Assembly (NCBI GenBank): GCA_964373795.1
Contig: CAYJVY010000006.1
Location: 28,468-92,467, forward strand
DNA: 64,000 nt
Source of the DNA: an uncultured archaeon
Lineage (GTDB): Archaea; Iainarchaeota; Iainarchaeia; Iainarchaeales; DATDZZ01
Reading direction: 5' to 3'
The first letter of the stretch is position 1. Each line of letters starts with the position of its first letter. Below are positions 37,425 to 45,772 of the stretch, piece by piece. The translations under genes were made by a program, and so were the position numbers. Under the pieces are notes generated by a model, which saw only the letters and a list, made by a program, of their open reading frames with translations, was not told where the DNA came from and made no database searches.

Positions 37425-38158
37425 CAATGAACAAACTACTTGAAGTTGACATAAAGAAAAAAGCATTTCAAAATAATCTTGTGCTTTCAGAAATGTCTCT
37501 CGATCTGGAGAAAAACAAGTTCACAACAATTCTTGGTCCAAGCGGATGCGGAAAATCAACGCTCCTTAAGGCGATTGTAGGACTTGACAACGAATACGAT
37601 GGCATGATCAGGCTAAATGGAACAGATGTCTCAGAACCAGTCAAGGAATGCAGCATGGTCTTCCAAGAGCCGAGGCTATTGCCCTGGGCGTCAGTTGAAG
37701 AAAATGTCATGTTCCCTTTGGAAAAAAGCAACGGCGAAAATCTCAGCGAATTGCTTACAATACTAACGCTTGAGAATTTTTCCCAAAACCTGCCAAAAGA
37801 ACTCTCCGGTGGGATGGCACAGAGAGTTTCACTTGCAAGAGCACTTATTAATCTTCCAGAAATTATTCTGCTGGATGAGCCATTCAGCGCACTTGACATA
37901 ATAACAAGACACAAGCTACAAGACAAGCTCATTGAGACCCTTGAAAAAAGGAAAACAACTGCATTGATGGTCACACACGACATTGAGGAAGCGGTCTATC
38001 TCAGTGACACAATACACGTGATGAAGCAAAGGCCTTCTGCAATAGTAAAAACCTACAGAATAGCTCTCCCTAAACCAAGGAATAGGACAAGTCCAGAATT
38101 CACCAAAAAAGTTTCTGAAATATACAAAGATCTTAGAGACCGACTAAAAATACTATAA
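37397..38158 (+). CDS. ABC transporter ATP-binding protein (NitT/TauT family, SsuB/TauB-like)
   Basis: Walker A GPSGCGKST, signature LSGGMAQRVSLARAL, Walker B IILLDEPFSALD, H-loop VTHD. Confidence 0.8.
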   Translation: MERNFHRRMTMNKLLEVDIKKKAFQNNLVLSEMSLDLEKNKFTTILGPSGCGKSTLLKAIVGLDNEYDGMIRLNGTDVSEPVKECSMVFQEPRLLPWASVEENVMFPLEKSNGENLSELLTILTLENFSQNLPKELSGGMAQRVSLARALINLPEIILLDEPFSALDIITRHKLQDKLIETLEKRKTTALMVTHDIEEAVYLSDTIHVMKQRPSAIVKTYRIALPKPRNRTSPEFTKKVSEIYKDLRDRLKIL

Positions 38159-38393
38159 AGTTCAACTGCCCTATCTGGACATGCAGTCGATACAGATCAG
38201 TTAATCCCCTATGTCGCTAAAACCCCTTAAAAAGCCCCAAAATTGACTTCTTAAACAGACCTCTAAAACCGATAGTTCTTAAACAAAGCCGTTTTTTCAA
38301 GAAAAGATTTATTAATAACGAAGTGCTACTTGTATTCAATTAATTGTTTAAATTGGAGGGGAAAAAATCAAAAGAAATATTTTTTGGATAGTA

Positions 38394-38951
38394 TTGTTAC
38401 TGATTTTAGCATCTCAAATAGTTTTTTCAAGCATTTTAGGAATGCCTTTTACATTTAATGGCACTAATGCAGAGGCTTCTCTAGAAATTATTCATGCAAA
38501 TTTTCCCACTTATGTTGGCTCAATAGTTGCATTTAGTGGTCCTGGTTATAATGCAAATGTAAGCGAAGTAACAGGCCAGCCAGGAGTTCTTCAAGTTAAT
38601 GAAGTTAAATTCAAGCCATTAGTAATTGAAAAAAAGATTCAACCTTTTATGATTAAACAAGCTCAAACAGAGAACACTGCACAATACACAATAGATAATG
38701 TAATTACAACAGATAACTCTTTATGGGCACTAGCTTCAAAAGTTTTCAAAAAAGAATTAACAAATGCAGATAAAAAAACAGTACATTTCCGTATAGCTAC
38801 CATTGGTCCTGGAACAAGAAGTGAAAAATATATATTGGAAAAATCTTTCCCTGTTTCTTGGGAGTTATCAGATATAAGAATAAATCAAAACCTCGAAGTA
38901 ACTGAAAAATACAGCTTTGTTTACGAAAACCTTGAAAGACAAACAACATAA
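38394..38951 (+). CDS. Secreted hypothetical protein
   Basis: N-terminal signal-like hydrophobic segment. Length 185 aa. Confidence 0.4.
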   Translation: MLLILASQIVFSSILGMPFTFNGTNAEASLEIIHANFPTYVGSIVAFSGPGYNANVSEVTGQPGVLQVNEVKFKPLVIEKKIQPFMIKQAQTENTAQYTIDNVITTDNSLWALASKVFKKELTNADKKTVHFRIATIGPGTRSEKYILEKSFPVSWELSDIRINQNLEVTEKYSFVYENLERQTT

Positions 38952-38960
38952 AAAGGTTTT

Positions 38961-39608
38961 ATGAATCTTCAAATACTAAAACAAAAAAGTCATTTAATTA
39001 TCATATGTATTTGGATTATTTTATTTTCATTTTTTGAATTAATCAAAGTTCAATTTTTTGCGTTGGATTTTTTTTCTTCAACTTTATTTTATTTTTTCGA
39101 ATTTGCAGTTCTACCACTTGTTTTGATTTATTTATTCAAACTCAAATTTTCAGAAAATGGCTTGACTTTAAATAACTGGAAATCTTCATTAAAGTTTTTT
39201 GCAATATTTTTTCTTTTAGCTTTGCCGATAATGTTTTTTGCTGCAAGAATGCCTGAATTTAATTCTTTTTATCCATTAATTAAAGAAGCAAAAACTAGTT
39301 GGCAAATATTTCTTGTAATGGAGTTTTTTATTTTACTCTCAATGTTTGCAACTGAATTCTTTTTTCGTGGATTTTTATATTTCAATTTAGAGAAAATTTT
39401 TGGCTGGCAGTTGGCTGTTGTTTTACAAGCAATTCCATATGCTTTAACACATGTGGGAAAACCTTTTCTTGAAGTCCCTTATTCGTTTTTTGTTGGAATA
39501 ATTTTTGCATTAATAGTTTATAGAACTCGCTCAATTTTATTTCCATTAATGCTTCATTTTCTAGGATCAATGATATTTGATTTAATTATAATTTTTATAC
39601 AAAACTAG
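38961..39608 (+). CDS. CPBP-family (CAAX/Abi) intramembrane metalloprotease
   Basis: Multi-TM protein with TEFFFRGFLY (E-ExxxR-like motif 1), ALTHVGK (motif 2) and MLHFLGSMIFD (HxxxN/D-like motif 3). Confidence 0.5.
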   Translation: MNLQILKQKSHLIIICIWIILFSFFELIKVQFFALDFFSSTLFYFFEFAVLPLVLIYLFKLKFSENGLTLNNWKSSLKFFAIFFLLALPIMFFAARMPEFNSFYPLIKEAKTSWQIFLVMEFFILLSMFATEFFFRGFLYFNLEKIFGWQLAVVLQAIPYALTHVGKPFLEVPYSFFVGIIFALIVYRTRSILFPLMLHFLGSMIFDLIIIFIQN

Positions 39609-40150
39609 TCAACAATTTTATACCAATAACCCTTGAATTTTTTAAAACCAAATCTTTGAAAAATTCTTATAAAGGCAGGAGTTAGTTTTTGTGGTTTACC
39701 AATCAATAATCTTATTCCTCTTTCTTTTGCAAGACTTAACATTGATTCATATAATTGCTTGCCAATTCCTTGTTCTCGAAAACCTTTTGTTACATTAACT
39801 GCTCTCCACCAATATGTGAATGGAGGCGTTTTAAGAAGTTCTTTAACAATTTTTTCAATACTTGGATGTTTTGATAACCATACTTTTCCTAACACTCTTC
39901 TTTTATTATGTAAATCTCTTAACGTAATTGTTGTAATTGGCGTTCTTTTATTTCTACTAGCGCCAAAGACTGATTTTCCTTGAGAGGTTCCTTTCAATTG
40001 AATTTTTTTTGCAGTAACATCTTCAACAAATTCCCCTACAAGTGTTTCTCCAATTATAAAAACTTGTCTAGCAGTTTCTCTTTGGCTTCCAACATATCTT
40101 ACTGGAATAATTCTTTTACGTGCTCTTTGTCGCGGCCTTCTTTGAAGCAT
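39605..40150 (-). CDS. GNAT-family acetyltransferase with basic N-terminal extension
   Basis: The C-terminal half has the GNAT motif A-like GFREQGIGKQLYESMLSLAKERG. Confidence 0.45.
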   Translation of the reverse strand: MLQRRPRQRARKRIIPVRYVGSQRETARQVFIIGETLVGEFVEDVTAKKIQLKGTSQGKSVFGASRNKRTPITTITLRDLHNKRRVLGKVWLSKHPSIEKIVKELLKTPPFTYWWRAVNVTKGFREQGIGKQLYESMLSLAKERGIRLLIGKPQKLTPAFIRIFQRFGFKKFKGYWYKIVD

Positions 40151-40202
40151 TTTGTAACCTTAAATTTAAATAAATAGTTAACTTAAATCATTTATATTAA
40201 TT

Positions 40203-40244
40203 TCTTTTGTTAACATGCATATTTTTTGATTAAAAAAGATTAAA
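40203..40244 (+). promoter_or_regulatory. tRNA-Leu upstream promoter-like element (TTCTTTTGTTAACAT...TTTTTGATTAAAAAAG)
   Basis: Shares TTCTTTTGTTAAC and the T-run/AAAAAG pattern with the 5' flanks of tRNA-Ser and tRNA-Asn. Confidence 0.45.
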
Positions 40245-40328
40245 GCACGGGTACCGAAGCGGTTAAACGGACCGGACTCAAGATCCGGTGACTTAGTGTC
40301 TTCACAGGTTCAAATCCTGTCCCGTGCA
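40245..40328 (+). tRNA. tRNA-Leu (anticodon CAA), long variable arm, no encoded CCA
   Basis: GCACGGG acceptor, anticodon stem CCGGA/TCCGG with loop CTCAAGA, long variable arm, T-arm CAGG-TTCAAAT-CCTG, 3' CCCGTGC, discriminator A. Confidence 0.85.
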
Positions 40329-40610
40329 TTTTGAAGTTTATGAATAAAGAAAATAGTATTTTGCGTTTTGTTTCACTTGATTTGTTTAGAACTCTAATAA
40401 TTTTAGCATTCCTTTTTTTCAATCTCCTGGAAATTTTTGTTTCACAAGAAAAAATTCCTCTTTTTTTTAAAACACAATCAAGGACAAATTTTATTGCCAG
40501 TTAATTTAATTGCACCTTCATTTGCATTCATTATTGGAGCTGCATTATTTGTTACATTTTTAAGTAAAAATTCTTTACTGCTTTGGATTTCGCAATTCGA
40601 TTGGATTTTT

Positions 40611-41411
40611 TTAAGTCAAAAAATTAGCATGCTTTTTTTCCAAGAAAAAAATTAGTTCAGTTGCCAAATCAATTCCTGAATTAGCTTTTTGAAATTTCTC
40701 AAAATTTGGTTGAAAAGAAATATTTGAAACAAAATGGTTTTCATTTGAATCAACTTTAAATGAAATGCTTGCAAAATCAAAAGAATAGTTCAGTAAAAAG
40801 TTTGTTGAAAGCTCAATTAAATTGCTTGAAAGTTTTTGGCCTTTAATTTTATTAGTTGTAATTGAAGTTGCGCACACAACTTTGGATCCTATAGCAAGGC
40901 ATTCAATTTCTTTTTCATAATCCAGTCGTTCTTGAATTAAATATCTATTAGTTGAACTGAGTTTTTTGATTATTGAATCAAATTCATTTAGTTTGACTGC
41001 ATTAATTTCAGTTGAATCGTTTGCTCCAAAAATATTAATTTCATTGTTTTGAAATGATTCAATTAATTCGTTTAACTTTAATTTACTGAATTTAGGCATA
41101 TCTAATACTATTGTCTTTGGAATCAATACATTTGATTTTTTTGATAAAATATATAATTCATATTTTGTTGGATTGATTTTCAAAACATTTTTGTTTGCAA
41201 GAAAAGTTGTAAATGAAAGATTATTCAAAACTGCATTTATTTTTTCAAAACTAGTTGGAGATTCAATTATTACTGAATTAGGCGAATACTCTTCGAGTTT
41301 GTTTAAATCTTTTTCAAGAATAAAGTCGAAAATATGTTCTCTTTCCTCAGCAGTTTTAATTAGTTTTTTATGAAAAGAATTTAATTCTTTTGAAATCCAT
41401 AAAATTTTCAT
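40611..41411 (-). CDS. Hypothetical protein with RimK/LysX-like ATP-grasp C-terminal region (tentative)
   Basis: The C-terminal segment YLIQERLDYEKEIECLAIGSKVV...NYSFDFASISFKV...GIDLATELIFFL resembles the ATP-grasp C-domain pattern of RimK-type ligases. No clear Walker-like motif. Confidence 0.3.
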   Translation of the reverse strand: MKILWISKELNSFHKKLIKTAEEREHIFDFILEKDLNKLEEYSPNSVIIESPTSFEKINAVLNNLSFTTFLANKNVLKINPTKYELYILSKKSNVLIPKTIVLDMPKFSKLKLNELIESFQNNEINIFGANDSTEINAVKLNEFDSIIKKLSSTNRYLIQERLDYEKEIECLAIGSKVVCATSITTNKIKGQKLSSNLIELSTNFLLNYSFDFASISFKVDSNENHFVSNISFQPNFEKFQKANSGIDLATELIFFLEKKHANFLT

Positions 41412-41420
41412 TTTAACACT

Positions 41421-41753
41421 TTAAGGTTTTTTTTGAGTTTTAAGTTCAGAGTACAAAGAAGTTAAAAGCGCTTTTCGTTGATCTATTAAACCTCTAGGAA
41501 TTTGTTGTCCGCGAGATTGTAAAACTAATAATTCGCTTTCAACTTTTTTTAAGTTTAAAAAAATTGAATGCGCACGAGACCCTTTTTCAACTGCATGACT
41601 TTCATGTCCAAATCTTCCTAAAAAATTAATTCCAACCTTTTCAATTTTTGGAGGCATTGCAGCTTGGCGTCTTTTTTCAGCCTCTACAAATATTTGAGCA
41701 AACGCTCTAAATCGACGAGTTGTTGGTTCTCTTCTTGCAGCAAGTATAGGCAT
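41421..41753 (-). CDS. Hypothetical small basic protein
   Basis: ORF of 110 aa, R/K-rich, with no recognised motif. Confidence 0.3.
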   Translation of the reverse strand: MPILAARREPTTRRFRAFAQIFVEAEKRRQAAMPPKIEKVGINFLGRFGHESHAVEKGSRAHSIFLNLKKVESELLVLQSRGQQIPRGLIDQRKALLTSLYSELKTQKKP

Positions 41754-41777
41754 ACTAATAAATTGTTTTTGAATTAT

Positions 41778-42206
41778 TTAATTCTTTTGATTTTTTATTT
41801 TTTCTTTAATTTTACTTGTTTTATGAATTTCAGGTTTAAAAGGACTTAATCTAATGATTTGAGTTCGGCAATTGTTTTCTTTTAAGAATTGAATTAATTT
41901 TTTTTCATCAACTCTTTGATCATACCCTAGAGCAATAATGTCTGGATTAATTTCAAGAACTGTTTTAAAAATCTCTTTTTTTCTGCCTAAAACAGCGTTG
42001 TCCACAACTTTTAACTCTTTAATTAATTGAAGTCTATGTAATTCGGAATTAGAGGGATAAAATCCTTTAATTTTTTTAACATTTTCATCTCTTGCAATTA
42101 CTACTATTAATTTACTTCCAAGTTCTTTGGCTCGTTTTAAGTATTGCAAATGCCCTGGATGAAGTAAATCAAATGTCCCAAAAGCTAGTACTGTTTTTTC
42201 ATTCAT
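41778..42206 (-). CDS. ribL: FAD synthase RibL (archaeal FMN adenylyltransferase, cytidylyltransferase fold)
   Basis: VLAFGTFDLLHPGHLQYLKRAKELGSKLIVVIARDENV carries the HxGH nucleotidyltransferase motif. Length 142 aa. Confidence 0.8.
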   Translation of the reverse strand: MNEKTVLAFGTFDLLHPGHLQYLKRAKELGSKLIVVIARDENVKKIKGFYPSNSELHRLQLIKELKVVDNAVLGRKKEIFKTVLEINPDIIALGYDQRVDEKKLIQFLKENNCRTQIIRLSPFKPEIHKTSKIKEKIKNQKN

Positions 42207-42288
42207 TTTTTTGCCTTGAATTTTTAGTAAAACAATTGTACTGGAAATAATTTAAATTGATTGTTATTATTTCAGTTAAAGTGATTTA

Positions 42289-43257
42289 ATGGATTTAGAG
42301 GAAAAACTTGCTTTAATTAAAAGAAACACTGTTGAATTAATTGAGGAAAAAGAATTAACTGAAATTCTTCAAACAAAGTCAAATCCAGTAACTTATTGCG
42401 GGTATGAACCAAGCGGGGAAATGCATTTAGGGCATTTTGTTACTTTAACTAAATTAGTTGACTTGGAGAAAGCAGGGTTTAAAGTAAAAGTTTTACTTGC
42501 TGACTGGCATGCATGGTTAAACAAAAAAGGTTCTTGGGAGCAAATTCATGAAATTGCAAAAGTTTGGGAAAAAGCATTCAAAGCATTGGGGTTGAAAAAT
42601 GCTGAATATGTTTTAGGATCAAGTTTTCAACGAAAAAATGAATACTTGGATGATGTTTTAACTCTGGCATTGAATACAACTGTTAATCGTTCAATTCGTT
42701 CAATGCAAGAAGTTGCAAGAGACGTTGAAAATGCAACTGTTTCTCAAATGATTTACCCCTTAATGCAAATAACTGACATTAAATACTTAAAAGTAGATGT
42801 AACAGAGGCAGGAATAGAGCAAAGAAAAATTCACATGCTTGGAAGAGAAATAATGGAAAAAATTAATTATCCAAAGCCTTGTTTAGTTCATACTCCTTTA
42901 ATTAATTCCTTGCTTGGCCCTGGAAAAAAAATGAGTTCCTCCGAACCAAATTCACTTATAAGTGTTCGAGATTCCGAACAAGACGTTTTAAAGAAAATCA
43001 ATAAAGCTTATTGCCCTGAAGGCATAACTGAAAACAATCCTGTTCTAGAAATAACTAAGTTAATTATTTTTCCAAGAATTAAATCTTTTGAAGTTTCTCG
43101 CCCAGAAAAATTTGGAGGAAATGTTTCCTTTGAAAACTTTACTGAGTTAGAAAAAGCTTTTGCTGAAAAAAAGTTGCATCCAATGGATTTAAAAAATACA
43201 GTTTCAAAATATTTGCTAGAAATATTAGAACCAGTAAGAAAGGCATTCAATAATTAA
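42289..43257 (+). CDS. tyrS: Tyrosyl-tRNA synthetase, archaeal type
   Basis: Class I HIGH-like HLGH (EPSGEMHLGHFV) and KMSKS-like KMSSS. Length 322 aa, typical of archaeal TyrRS. Confidence 0.8.
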   Translation: MDLEEKLALIKRNTVELIEEKELTEILQTKSNPVTYCGYEPSGEMHLGHFVTLTKLVDLEKAGFKVKVLLADWHAWLNKKGSWEQIHEIAKVWEKAFKALGLKNAEYVLGSSFQRKNEYLDDVLTLALNTTVNRSIRSMQEVARDVENATVSQMIYPLMQITDIKYLKVDVTEAGIEQRKIHMLGREIMEKINYPKPCLVHTPLINSLLGPGKKMSSSEPNSLISVRDSEQDVLKKINKAYCPEGITENNPVLEITKLIIFPRIKSFEVSRPEKFGGNVSFENFTELEKAFAEKKLHPMDLKNTVSKYLLEILEPVRKAFNN

Positions 43258-43300
43258 AAAAGGTTTAAATAGTAGTTTACCTATTATTTTTTCGATTAAA

Positions 43301-43948
43301 ATGAATTTATTCAACTTATTTGTTAACCCTAGACAGGCAGTGAAGGATTCTCTTTCAAATCCAAATACGGCATTAATTGGAGTATTATTAATCGCACATG
43401 TATTGGTTGGATTAATAATTTTTGTTTTAAGAGGTTTAACGCTTAACTTGGTTCAAAGCGTTTTGCAAGTCGTTAACTCAATTATATTGGTTTTAGTTTT
43501 AACAGTTATAGTTTATTTTTTTTCAAAGTTTTCCAAGCAACAAAAATCTTTAATTGATCGAAACAAATTATTTTTAGGTTTAATTCAAGCTTTTGCTTTA
43601 ACTTTTTTCTATATTTTACTTGGAACAATTTTTTATGGAGTTCCAATTTTGTTGTTGAATAAAGAATTAGCAAAACCAATTCAAGATGCAACTGCTGGAA
43701 CTATTACTTCTCAAGAATTATTTACTGTGTTAGACAGCAAGCTTTCAACTGAAAGTACTTTCCCATTATCAATTATTTTAGGAGCATCACTTGTATTAAT
43801 TTCATTAATGTTTTTGTATATTCTTTATCTATGGTATTTAGTGGTTTCTGAAACCCTTCAAGCAGGGTTTGTGAAGAATATTATTTTCTTTGTAATACTG
43901 TTATTGCTTGGATACCTTGTAATGGCTTTAAAGGGATTCTTATTCTAG
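43301..43948 (+). CDS. Hypothetical polytopic membrane protein
   Basis: 215 aa with 5 or more hydrophobic helices. No motif. Confidence 0.4.
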   Translation: MNLFNLFVNPRQAVKDSLSNPNTALIGVLLIAHVLVGLIIFVLRGLTLNLVQSVLQVVNSIILVLVLTVIVYFFSKFSKQQKSLIDRNKLFLGLIQAFALTFFYILLGTIFYGVPILLLNKELAKPIQDATAGTITSQELFTVLDSKLSTESTFPLSIILGASLVLISLMFLYILYLWYLVVSETLQAGFVKNIIFFVILLLLGYLVMALKGFLF

Positions 43949-44044
43949 TTAAGCTTTAAATAAATGCAAAAATTGAAACAAAAAATATAAATACTTGTTT
44001 TACTGGTAAAATATTATTTAATATTACTGAAAAGGCGATTAAAC

Positions 44045-44242
44045 ATGAAAGTGAAATGCCCTGGATGTGAAGAACGATTTGATGTAGACAAAAATGAATA
44101 TGATGAAGACGATGTATTAGATTGCCCTGAATGCGAGGAAACCTTGATTTTAAAGGTTAAAGGTGGAAAATTTGTAGCCAAACTAGATAAAGAAAAATAT
44201 GATGAAGATCTAGAAGATTATTACAATGAAGAAGACGAATAA
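44045..44242 (+). CDS. LysW-like zinc-ribbon protein with acidic C-terminal tail ending in Glu (amino-group carrier protein-like)
   Basis: KCPGCEERFDV...LDCPECEETLILKVKGG parallels the LysW pattern CPxCGAELxL...CxDCGAELEV. The C-terminal DEDLEDYYNEEDE tail ends in E, as does the LysW EDWGE tail. Confidence 0.45.
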   Translation: MKVKCPGCEERFDVDKNEYDEDDVLDCPECEETLILKVKGGKFVAKLDKEKYDEDLEDYYNEEDE

Positions 44243-44329
44243 GCCTTTAATGCAAGAATTAATTTTAGCTATTCTTTTATTATAACTTTTATTCCTTTCT
44301 TATTTTAATTTACATTTAAGTTGATTTAA

Positions 44330-45724
44330 ATGAGTTTTGAAATATTTAATTCTCTTTCAAAGAAAAAAGAAGAATTCAAGCCATTAGAAGAAAATGAAGT
44401 AAAGATGTATGTTTGTGGACCCACAGTTTATGGTCCAGGCCATATAGGTCATGCAAAAACGTATACTGCTTTTGATATTATTAGAAGATATTTGGAATAC
44501 TCTGGATTTAAAGTTAAATTTGTTGTAAACCTTACTGATGTGCATGATGACATGATTTCAAAAGCAAACGAACAAGGAATAACTATTTTTGAATTAGCTG
44601 AAAAAAACATTAAGCTTTTTTTTAAAGACATGGATGAATTAGGAATTAAAAAAGCAGATATTAATCCAAGGGTAACTGAAACCATTCCTGAAATAATTGA
44701 ACTGGTTAAAACCTTGCAAGAAAAAGGTTTTGCCTATGAAACAGAAGACGGAGTTTATTTTAATGTACAAAAGTTTAAAGATTATGGAAAACTAGCAGGA
44801 ATTAAAATTGAAAAAACTTTAACTGGAACAAGAGTTAAAACAGATAAATATGATAAAGAAAATGTTCAAGACTTTGCTTTATGGAAAAAACAAAAACTCG
44901 GAGAACCTTTTTGGGAAAGTCCTTGGGGAAGAGGCAGACCTGGATGGCATATTGAATGTTCTGCCATGAGTAAAAAGCACTTAGGAGAACAAATAGATAT
45001 TCACGGAGGCGCAGTTGACTTAATTTTTCCACATCATCAAAACGAAATAGCTCAAAGCGAAGCTGCTAGCGGGAAAAAACCTTTTGTAAAATATTGGTTG
45101 CATTCAGGGTTTCTAAATGTTGAAGGAGAAAAAATGTCTAAAAGTTTGGGAAACTATATCGAGATTCCAAAGCTTTTAGAAAAATACGATCCAAAAGTTT
45201 TCAGATTTTTTGTTGCAGGAATTCATTATAGAAGCCCAATTGATTTCACTGATTCAGCAATGCAAATAGCCAAAAAAACTCTTGAAAAATTAAATGACTT
45301 CATTAGAAGAATGCACGAAATTCAAAACGAAAAAAATAATTCCAAAATAATTGAATTAATTACTGAAACCAGAAAAAAGTTCATTAAAGAAATGAATGAA
45401 GACTTTAATACTCCTAATGCGTGGGCAACAATATTTGATTTTGTTTCAACAATAAATAAATTTGAAGCTGAAAATAACTTAAGTAAAAAAGATGCTGAAC
45501 AAGTGATGGATTTTATGAAAGAATTAGACACAATCTTTAAGGTTTTTAATTTTGAACAAAAAAATGAATTAGATAAAGAAGTTGAAGAATTAATTCAGAA
45601 AAGAGAAGAATTTAGAAAACAAAAAAAGTTTTCAGAAGCAGATGAAATTCGTGCACAATTAACTGCAAAAGGAATTCAATTGCTTGACACTCCTGAAGGA
45701 GTTAAATGGAAAAAAATAAGTTAA
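44330..45724 (+). CDS. cysS: Cysteinyl-tRNA synthetase
   Basis: CGPTVYGPGHIGHAKTY (HIGH motif), KMSKSLGN (KMSKS motif), and the Zn-binding Cys and His residues. Length 464 aa. Confidence 0.9.
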   Translation: MSFEIFNSLSKKKEEFKPLEENEVKMYVCGPTVYGPGHIGHAKTYTAFDIIRRYLEYSGFKVKFVVNLTDVHDDMISKANEQGITIFELAEKNIKLFFKDMDELGIKKADINPRVTETIPEIIELVKTLQEKGFAYETEDGVYFNVQKFKDYGKLAGIKIEKTLTGTRVKTDKYDKENVQDFALWKKQKLGEPFWESPWGRGRPGWHIECSAMSKKHLGEQIDIHGGAVDLIFPHHQNEIAQSEAASGKKPFVKYWLHSGFLNVEGEKMSKSLGNYIEIPKLLEKYDPKVFRFFVAGIHYRSPIDFTDSAMQIAKKTLEKLNDFIRRMHEIQNEKNNSKIIELITETRKKFIKEMNEDFNTPNAWATIFDFVSTINKFEAENNLSKKDAEQVMDFMKELDTIFKVFNFEQKNELDKEVEELIQKREEFRKQKKFSEADEIRAQLTAKGIQLLDTPEGVKWKKIS

Positions 45725-45772
45725 ATATCAAGCAAATAATTAAATACATTAAAAACCATTTTTTTAGTTATT

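Noticed and set aside
40240-40422. 60-aa reverse-strand ORF overlapping tRNA-Leu
   Set aside because: It overlaps a well-folded tRNA gene and has no coding features.
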